The notes under the pieces: generated by a model
Databases searched by the model: none
Told to the model about the DNA's origin: nothing
The model's input: the letters and a program-made list of their open reading frames with translations, nothing else
Shown: positions 35,125-41,363 of the stretch, one piece after another
How positions within the stretch are numbered: position 1 is the first letter of the stretch
How the letters are laid out: each line of letters begins with the position of its first letter
Made by a program: the position numbers and the translations under genes
Source of the DNA: Holosporales bacterium
Lineage (GTDB): Bacteria; Pseudomonadota; Alphaproteobacteria; BNTO01
Length of the DNA stretch: 41,363 nucleotides
Assembly: GCA_031257795.1 (NCBI GenBank)
Contig: JAIRNW010000055.1
Coordinates: forward strand, 1 to 41,363
Direction of reading: 5' to 3'

Positions 35125-36096
35125 ATGAACGGCGCTTTAAAAAAGATAGGTTATTTGCTCTGCTTTGGTTTGTGTGCGACTTGCTGTGCAGCTTCCGATG
35201 TATGTTTGCTAAGTTGGGAGCCCAATCATTGTTTAAATGTTGAGGCTTGCTCGCGCGTAACAGCCTACGATAATGATGGTGTTACATGGGCCCCAAACGA
35301 AGCTCAACACAATATGAGTCGTCCAATCCGCATTTTTAACGGGAGTCTCATTGGTTTTTCGCAGCTTAACATTATCGGCAAAGCTATAAGGTTCCTAAGC
35401 AATGATTCCTCAAAAAAAGGGTTCTCGCACATTGGAATCGCCGTAATAGCGAGGCCCTCAGATGTTGTGCGGATGATATGTGAGTCTGCGGAAGGCGGCG
35501 GCTTGGCCACGAGAGACAAAAAATACACCATAGAGCAATTAGAAATTATGCGCGAAGTGTATCCGTATCTGTGGGCTTCGGATGGAAACAAAAGCGAGCT
35601 GAAGGATTGGGTTAATTCCACGCTCGCTTCGCAGGATGAAACTCCTGATGTTTTTTGCCTCGAAGCCTGTGGGACCCCAGGTGAGGTTTTTAGAGGGCTG
35701 GGTCCCAGGGTGAAAATAACGCCATTGACTAAAGTTGTCGATAATTATAACGGTGGTGTGTGTGTGCGTTCTTTGCACGAACCGCTCGCATCAGATCAAC
35801 TTAGAGTTGCAATCGTGCGGAATTTGGGAATTAGCTACGAAAAAAGTCTCAAACAGTTATTTAATTCCGTGACCGGAGGAAATACGGAGGAGGATGGGTC
35901 TTCGTGGTTTTGTAGCGAGTTGGCGGCACACATATACAAGCAAACAAATGTTTTTGCCGATGGGAAACTCGCCAACAACACTATTCCAAAAGACTTTAGT
36001 TCGGCGAGTGAAACTGATCTCTTACGAGGAAAGGCGACTGATGAGATGTGGGTTAAGATTTCAGACCCAGCCACCTTTGAGGACGTGGATACCTAG
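35125..36096 (+). CDS. secreted YiiX/YaeF-like permuted papain-fold (NlpC/P60 superfamily) hydrolase
   Basis: Signal peptide MNGALKKIGYLLCFGLCATCCAA. The His block GFSHIGIAVI precedes the Cys block SSWFCSELAAHIYKQ, the order typical of permuted YiiX-type enzymes. The stop TAG abuts a C-family repeat. Confidence 0.6.
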   Translation: MNGALKKIGYLLCFGLCATCCAASDVCLLSWEPNHCLNVEACSRVTAYDNDGVTWAPNEAQHNMSRPIRIFNGSLIGFSQLNIIGKAIRFLSNDSSKKGFSHIGIAVIARPSDVVRMICESAEGGGLATRDKKYTIEQLEIMREVYPYLWASDGNKSELKDWVNSTLASQDETPDVFCLEACGTPGEVFRGLGPRVKITPLTKVVDNYNGGVCVRSLHEPLASDQLRVAIVRNLGISYEKSLKQLFNSVTGGNTEEDGSSWFCSELAAHIYKQTNVFADGKLANNTIPKDFSSASETDLLRGKATDEMWVKISDPATFEDVDT

Positions 36097-36215
36097 CCCC
36101 AACAAAGTCTGCGACTTTGCCGGGAACACGATGTTTCGGCAGGAGCAGTACGTCGATGCCGCTCTTCACCTGCGCTACGAGGCTTCTGCTATCAATTCTC
36201 TATTGGACTATGTAT
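36095..36215. repeat. family-C element (C module plus core plus B-like right end)
   Basis: agccccaacaaagtctgcgactttgccgggaac...ggcaggagcagtacgtcgatgc...ctgctatcaattctc. Confidence 0.8.
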
Positions 36216-36281
36216 AAATATTCTTAGTCATATTGAGCCATGGCTTCGTTGCAACGGAGTTTGTATTCATAGGAGAGTGAG

Positions 36282-36764
36282 ATGGCCACTAAAGGATTGG
36301 CACATAATTTGAGGCTGGCGTTATACCAGCCAGAAATAGCGCAGAACGTTGGCGCGATGTTACGCGTGTGCGCTTGTTTCGGTGTGTCTATGGACATCAT
36401 TGAGCCAACTGGCTTCCCATTCGACAGTAAACGTATGCGGCGGGCGGGAATGGATTACATTGATTTTGTCAAAGTAGAAAAGTATTTGTCTTTCGAGGAC
36501 TTCCACGCATGTTGCGGCCGAAGAATCGTACTGCTTGACGTGAAGGGGGAGCAGTCGTTGCACGATTTCAAATTCCGTCCAGAAGACGTAATCATGGTTG
36601 GACAAGAAGGCAGTGGTGTTCCAGAGGCCGTTTTCGAAAAGTGCGAGCAACGCGTGAGGATCGATATGCTCGAGAACATGAGGTCGCTTAACGTCAGCGT
36701 TTCTGCAGCGATCGCCATATTTGAGGCAATTCGCCAACAGTCTCTAACAACAGGCCAACAGTAG
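36282..36764 (+). CDS. trmL: tRNA (cytidine/uridine-2'-O)-methyltransferase, SpoU/TrmL family
   Basis: LALYQPEIAQNVGAMLRVCACFG, VGQEGSGVP and SLNVSVSAAIAIFEA (SPOUT knot motifs). 160 aa. Confidence 0.85.
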   Translation: MATKGLAHNLRLALYQPEIAQNVGAMLRVCACFGVSMDIIEPTGFPFDSKRMRRAGMDYIDFVKVEKYLSFEDFHACCGRRIVLLDVKGEQSLHDFKFRPEDVIMVGQEGSGVPEAVFEKCEQRVRIDMLENMRSLNVSVSAAIAIFEAIRQQSLTTGQQ

Positions 36765-36772
36765 GGAACATG

Positions 36773-36900
36773 CACAGTCACAAAAAGTTTGCGAGTTCGT
36801 CGCCCCAGCTCGAAACTCATGTACGTTTAGTACACTCCGCTTCTGCGCTCCGTTTCTCCTGGGAAAACCTCAATTTAAATCTTATGTCAACGGGTTCTTA
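36773..36900. repeat. composite element (B left terminus, core, E right terminus)
   Basis: cacagtcacaaaaagtttgcgagttcgtcg ... caatttaaatcttatgtcaacgggttctta. The last bases provide the infA TAA stop on the minus strand. Confidence 0.82.
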
Positions 36901-37116
36901 TTTTTGCCGAAATGTTATCCGCCCCTTCGTCAAATCGTATGGCGTCATCTCAACTGTAACTTTATCTCCGACTAAGATCTTGATTTTGTTTTTCCGTACA
37001 CGCCCGGATGTGTGCGCCAGAATCACACAATCGTTTTCCAGTTTCACTCGAAACATCGCATTCGGGAGCAGTTCAGTAACAACTCCAGATAGTTCTAGCA
37101 GGTCCTCTTTCGGCAT
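36898..37116 (-). CDS. infA: translation initiation factor IF-1
   Basis: [72 protein letters not shown] is canonical IF-1. Confidence 0.97.
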   Translation of the reverse strand: MPKEDLLELSGVVTELLPNAMFRVKLENDCVILAHTSGRVRKNKIKILVGDKVTVEMTPYDLTKGRITFRQK

Positions 37117-37170
37117 AAAACAATACTAATAACACACCACCACTACACTCTAGTACTTTTTACTATAGAA

Positions 37171-37345
37171 TGTCACAAAAAACGCATACACCCAGTCATA
37201 AAAAGTTTGCCGGTTTGTCGACACGGCCCAGTGGACCGTGCGCACCAAACCACAAAAAGTTTGCGGTTTGTTTATCCCCGGCCGCAAAAGCTTGTGAGTT
37301 AAGAACCTGTTTATACCCAGTCATCGAAAGAATTGAGGGGGGAGG
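37171..37345. repeat. cluster of family-B terminus fragments
   Basis: cccagtcataaaaagtttgccgg, accacaaaaagtttgcgg, and atacccagtcatcgaaag. Confidence 0.65.
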
Positions 37346-37350
37346 AGACA

Positions 37351-40300
37351 CTAGGCCATTCCCTGCAGGCACGCACACTCCGCCCCATTGCTTATATCAA
37401 TAGACCAAAAGTGATACAGCAGAAACCGCAAAGCCTCATACATCGTCTTCATCGTCCTCTCTTGTATTGCCCTATGCTCGCGGAATTCCTCGGTTAGAGC
37501 ATCCACCTTCCTTTCGATTAGGCGCATCGGCGAGGTCTCGTAAGCAATGGTGACCGTGTTCGCGCAATCCCCCAAAATATCCACGTAGCTCTGCATCCCG
37601 CCGTAAAATTCGCACGGCAAAACGCCAACCCCCTCTTTCGTTCCAGACAGCATTTCAGAAAACTCTGTCTTCAAGTTGCTTACTTTCGCCAAGTTTTCCT
37701 CGTCCATCCCATTTCCCGCAGCCGCCACAATCTCACATGCCATGAAAAACAAATCTTTAATCCAAGCATACACCCCAATATCCTCTTCAGAAAAATGAGC
37801 TTTTGCCGCATATTTTTCCACCTCGAACCCGGTTGAATCAAACACTGGAATGTGGGGACCAAAAATTTTTACCAGCAATGGCGTCAATGAATTGGCCGTT
37901 AGCGAGTCTGTTGTTTTTGCGAAATCACCGATAATTGAAATACTGTTTAATAAATTTTCCAGCACATCCCTATATTCGCGCAAACCGGGCTGCATTGTTA
38001 GCTCAACCAAACGTGCGGCGTAGCGGCGCAGAGAAGGTTGCATAATGGCGTCTTTGACGAAACGAGAGCCGCCGTTGAGGAGGATCTCAACGGTGCCAAG
38101 GTAGCATTGAGGCAATGAGCCAATATCTCCTAAAACTTGTGAGACAGAATCAATAGTTTGTAGGAAATTAGTGTCGTACCCAAAGGATCTAACAGTTTCT
38201 GTGAGGACTTCATGTATTCTGGTTAGCACGCTTTTGATTTTCCCATCAACTGGAACGATCCCTATCGCAGAGTATAGCGTGTCTTTGACTGAATCCTCGA
38301 CGCTTTGCAACGATTGCAGAACCTCAGCTTTGGTAGCTTTGTTTTCAGAGGATATCTCTTCTTTCGCGGATTTTTGTGAACTCAATACTGAAGCCACCGC
38401 GTTTGCTAGGCCGCCTAGTATTGCGGCTTTTGACGCGGCCTGTTCGGCAACAACGAGCGATTTTGTTGCTGTTTGTGAGTCTAAAATTTCGGCTGCTGAG
38501 TTTATTAGCTCCTTTAAAGCTGCCTTTTTGAAGGAGGTCTGCTCGTTGAGGATCGCCTCCTTAGCACTTTCTTGCGAATTCAGAATTGAAGACTCTGCGC
38601 TCGCTAGCTCTTCTAGTATCGCGATTTTTGAAGCGGCTTGTTCGGCGGACAACGCGTCCTTTGCCGCGGTTTGTGCAGCAACTAACGCATCCTTCGCTGC
38701 GGCTTGCTCAGCAGACAGTGCACTCTTTGCGGCGGATTGTGAAGCTAAAATTTCACTTGTTGCGCTAGCTAGCGTTTCTAATATCGCCTCTTTTGAATCG
38801 GCTTGTTCAGCGGACAGCACACTCTTTGCTGCGGCGAGCGCTTCATTCGTCGCCGTTTGTGCGGCTAAAATTTCAGTTGTTGAACTCGCTAGTTCCTCTA
38901 ATACAGCCCCTTTCGCGCTTACTAGTTCTTCTGATATAGCCTCTTTTGCGTTGGTCTGCTCGGCCAGTATAGAGCTTGCCGCAGCCGACACTGTTGACGT
39001 TACAGCATCTCGAGCTTCTTCAAGCTCCGATAAAACGGTTTTACTATTTGCGTCAACTTCGCCTTTTATTGATTCAGCGCCCTCAACAATTCCCTTCGCC
39101 AAATTTTCATGTTCAAGGGCCGACTGCTCTGCGAGATTCTCGATGGCCAACTGCATATGCCCTTGTTTCTTCGAGAGACAAGATTGCATGGTGATCATCT
39201 CTGTCTTCCCGCAAATGAGCATATCTCTTACTTTATTGTATCCGTTAGCCAGCTCCGACCTAACAACTTCCTGTTCGGTAGAAATTGTGTTTTGACCTTC
39301 TGCCAATTGGCTAAACAGGTCCTGCATAAGCTCCTCTTGTTCTGAGGCAATGGTTCTTTGGCCGTCTGCTAGTTGGGCGAAAAGGTCCTGCACAAGTTCA
39401 CCTTGTTTTTCGTGCAGTGTTTTCGCTTCTGTTTGGATTTCCTCCTTGTAGACACCAAGTGTTGCTTTCACACCGGCGATATCGGCCGTTACCCCCTCTT
39501 TTGCTGAGGCGATGGCGTCGGTTAGTGCGGCTTCTGCTGCCTGAGCGGCGTTTACGACCACATTGGTTATAGCGGTTTCAGTGGCTTCGATTGCGCCGGT
39601 GACAGCTGTTTCAGTGGCTTCGATTGCCCCGATTACTGCGGTTTCCGAGGTTTGTACTGCGGCTGCGAGTGCGCCGGACAGAGCTGTTTCAGTGGCTACG
39701 ATTGCCCCGATTACTGCGGTTTCCGAGGTTTGTACTGCGGCTGTGAGTGCGTCAATTATTGTTGTGTTTGAACTTTGTGCGTTTGAAACATATGTGTCTA
39801 GCGCGTATTTTACCGCCGCAATATCGTTTGTTATATCGCCTTTGGCGGTCGCGATTGTATCGGTTATGTCACCTTTGACGGTCGCGATTGCGCCGGTTAT
39901 ATCGTCTTGAGCTGTCGTAATTGCATCGATTACGTCGCCTTTCGCATCTGCGATTGCGGTTGTTATGTCGGTTTTCGAGGTTTGTACGGCTTGAGTGGCT
40001 TCCAAGATTGCTGTTGCAAGGACAGTTTCCGTGGCCTTAATTGCGTCAGTGACGGTGGCTTCCGATGCCTCGATTATGTTAGTTACAGCAACTTTCGAGG
40101 CTTCGATTGCATCAATTACTGCTGTTTCCGATATCTCGATTGCGCCAGTTATAGTGGCCTTAGAGGCTTCGATTGTGCCGACTACAGCAGTTTCAGAGGC
40201 TTTGATTGCATCGGCTACGGCAGTTTTCGGCGTTTGTACGGCCTGAGCTACCTCTGATATCGCGGCAGTTAGGGCGGTTTCAGTTGCTTTGATCGCATTG

Positions 40301-41363
40301 TTTATGACGGTTTCCGTGGTTGCAACTGCATCAGTTATTGCAGTTTGTGAAGTTTGGACGGCAGCTGTGATCGTATCGATTACATTGGCTTCCGTGGTTG
40401 CAACTGCATCAATTATTGTTGCAGCTGAATTTTGCGAGCCTAAAGCGTGTGCGTCTAACGCAGATTTTACAGTAGCAATATCGTTTGTTATGCCACCTTT
40501 AGCGGTCGCAATTGCGTCTGTTATGTCATTTTTGGCGGTTACGACTGCTCCAGTTATGTCGCTTTCGGCGGTCGCGACTGCGTCGGTTATGTCACCTTTA
40601 GCGGTCGCAATTGCGTCTGTTATTCCTGTTGCTAATGTTTGCGCAGCTAATTCTGAGACCTCTAACTCTGACATAACTCCAGCGATATCATCTGATATAG
40701 CAGAGTGTGCGGCTTGAATATCATTTGCCACGGCTGCTTGTAGATTCGCAATTTCATTTATTAGCGCCGCATTTGTTTCAGAAATATCATCCGCCAGCTC
40801 CCCCTTAGCAGCGGCGAGCCCTTCCTCCAACGAGGTTTTAGCGGCGGCAATCTCCTCGCCCAGCCCACCCTTGGCAGCGGCGAGCCCTTCCTCCAACGAG
40901 ATTTTGGTGGCAGCAATCTCTGCAGTTAGTGCCGAGCTAGCAGTAGTAATATTATTCGTCAGCGTAGTCTTGACCCCGGCCATCTCTTCCGTTAAAGCCG
41001 CCTTAAAAGTAGTAATATCTTCGTTTAACGAGGTTTTAGCGCTGACAATCTCTTCAGTCAGGGCCGTACTGGCGGCGGCAACAGCATTCTCCAACGCGGT
41101 CTGGGTTATGGCAAGCTTTTCAGCCAGTGCCGTGCTAGTAGTAGCAATATCCTCTTTCAGCTCAGTCTTAACGCCATCGATTTCACCAGTTAGCTCCACC
41201 TTAGCTCCAGTGATGCTTCCCTCTAGGGCGGTTTTGACTCCGCCAATCTCCTCCGTCAGCGCCGTATTAGAAGCTGCGATGCCATCTTTCAACACTGTTT
41301 TGACGTTGGTAATTTCTCCAGTAAGCGCCGTGTTGGCAGCGGCGATATCCCCCTCCAACGCCG
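37351..41363 (-). CDS. giant hendecad (11-residue) repeat protein with a ~300-aa non-repetitive C-terminal domain; 5' end lies outside the window
   Basis: Open frame of 1335 aa to the window edge. It carries dozens of consecutive 11-mers, for example TALTEEIGGVK TALEGSITGAK VELTGEIDGVK; DAIATAKGDIT DAVATAESDIT GAVVTAKNDIT; EAILETLASAT SEILASQSAAK. Repeat blocks lie at about 39450-41363 and 38300-39000, with a unique domain at 37351-38265. Confidence 0.8.
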   Translation of the reverse strand, partial: ALEGDIAAANTALTGEITNVKTVLKDGIAASNTALTEEIGGVKTALEGSITGAKVELTGEIDGVKTELKEDIATTSTALAEKLAITQTALENAVAAASTALTEEIVSAKTSLNEDITTFKAALTEEMAGVKTTLTNNITTASSALTAEIAATKISLEEGLAAAKGGLGEEIAAAKTSLEEGLAAAKGELADDISETNAALINEIANLQAAVANDIQAAHSAISDDIAGVMSELEVSELAAQTLATGITDAIATAKGDITDAVATAESDITGAVVTAKNDITDAIATAKGGITNDIATVKSALDAHALGSQNSAATIIDAVATTEANVIDTITAAVQTSQTAITDAVATTETVINNAIKATETALTAAISEVAQAVQTPKTAVADAIKASETAVVGTIEASKATITGAIEISETAVIDAIEASKVAVTNIIEASEATVTDAIKATETVLATAILEATQAVQTSKTDITTAIADAKGDVIDAITTAQDDITGAIATVKGDITDTIATAKGDITNDIAAVKYALDTYVSNAQSSNTTIIDALTAAVQTSETAVIGAIVATETALSGALAAAVQTSETAVIGAIEATETAVTGAIEATETAITNVVVNAAQAAEAALTDAIASAKEGVTADIAGVKATLGVYKEEIQTEAKTLHEKQGELVQDLFAQLADGQRTIASEQEELMQDLFSQLAEGQNTISTEQEVVRSELANGYNKVRDMLICGKTEMITMQSCLSKKQGHMQLAIENLAEQSALEHENLAKGIVEGAESIKGEVDANSKTVLSELEEARDAVTSTVSAAASSILAEQTNAKEAISEELVSAKGAVLEELASSTTEILAAQTATNEALAAAKSVLSAEQADSKEAILETLASATSEILASQSAAKSALSAEQAAAKDALVAAQTAAKDALSAEQAASKIAILEELASAESSILNSQESAKEAILNEQTSFKKAALKELINSAAEILDSQTATKSLVVAEQAASKAAILGGLANAVASVLSSQKSAKEEISSENKATKAEVLQSLQSVEDSVKDTLYSAIGIVPVDGKIKSVLTRIHEVLTETVRSFGYDTNFLQTIDSVSQVLGDIGSLPQCYLGTVEILLNGGSRFVKDAIMQPSLRRYAARLVELTMQPGLREYRDVLENLLNSISIIGDFAKTTDSLTANSLTPLLVKIFGPHIPVFDSTGFEVEKYAAKAHFSEEDIGVYAWIKDLFFMACEIVAAAGNGMDEENLAKVSNLKTEFSEMLSGTKEGVGVLPCEFYGGMQSYVDILGDCANTVTIAYETSPMRLIERKVDALTEEFREHRAIQERTMKTMYEALRFLLYHFWSIDISNGAECACLQGMA

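Noticed and set aside
579-37345. Possibility that the dispersed repeats are a CRISPR array
   Set aside because: The copies are 110-150-bp imperfect palindromes scattered across 37 kb between genes and in both orientations. They are not short direct repeats with regular unique spacers, and no cas genes are present.
38171-40717. Long plus-strand ORFs (for example 38171-39295, 39563-39910, 39907-40257 and 40289-40717) encoding Ala/Ser/Val/Cys-rich proteins
   Set aside because: They are antisense to the giant hendecad-repeat gene. Their openness follows from the biased, periodic codon content of that gene, and they have no independent start signals or motifs.

Overview
This 41.4-kb window looks like chromosome from a reduced-genome alphaproteobacterium, probably obligately intracellular (Rickettsiales/Holosporales-like). 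The lineage call is inferred from protein sequence character and gene content; no search was run. About 20 recognisable housekeeping genes occur mostly as singletons outside their usual operons: bioB, murC, dnaN, ftsA, rnhB, tRNA-Cys, recR, metG, cysS, dnaK, dnaE, thrS, an ABC-F ATPase, trmL and infA. Between them sit transporters typical of intracellular bacteria (an OPA-family GlpT/UhpC-like MFS and a TyrP/Mtr-like permease) and accessory or effector-like genes. The accessory genes are an orphan secretin lipoprotein, a degenerate Rab/Ras-like domain protein, an orphan DUF4280/PAAR-like protein, a Sel1-repeat protein, a secreted YiiX-like permuted papain-fold hydrolase, a KGG stress protein, several secreted orphans, and a >1335-aa protein made of 11-residue repeats that runs off the window edge. 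The most striking feature is a modular superfamily of 110-150-bp palindromic, MITE-like or RPE-like repeats. They occupy nearly every intergenic region, share a common core with interchangeable terminal modules, and abut or supply stop and start codons. Two copies appear to be inserted in frame in essential genes (murC and thrS). Mobile-DNA debris is also present: an IS transposase fragment cut by a repeat, a serine-recombinase C-terminal remnant, and an adjacent cluster of inverted repeats. No CRISPR array, rRNA, or intact multi-gene defence or secretion operon is visible. All family assignments rest on motifs read by eye and need HMM/BLAST confirmation.
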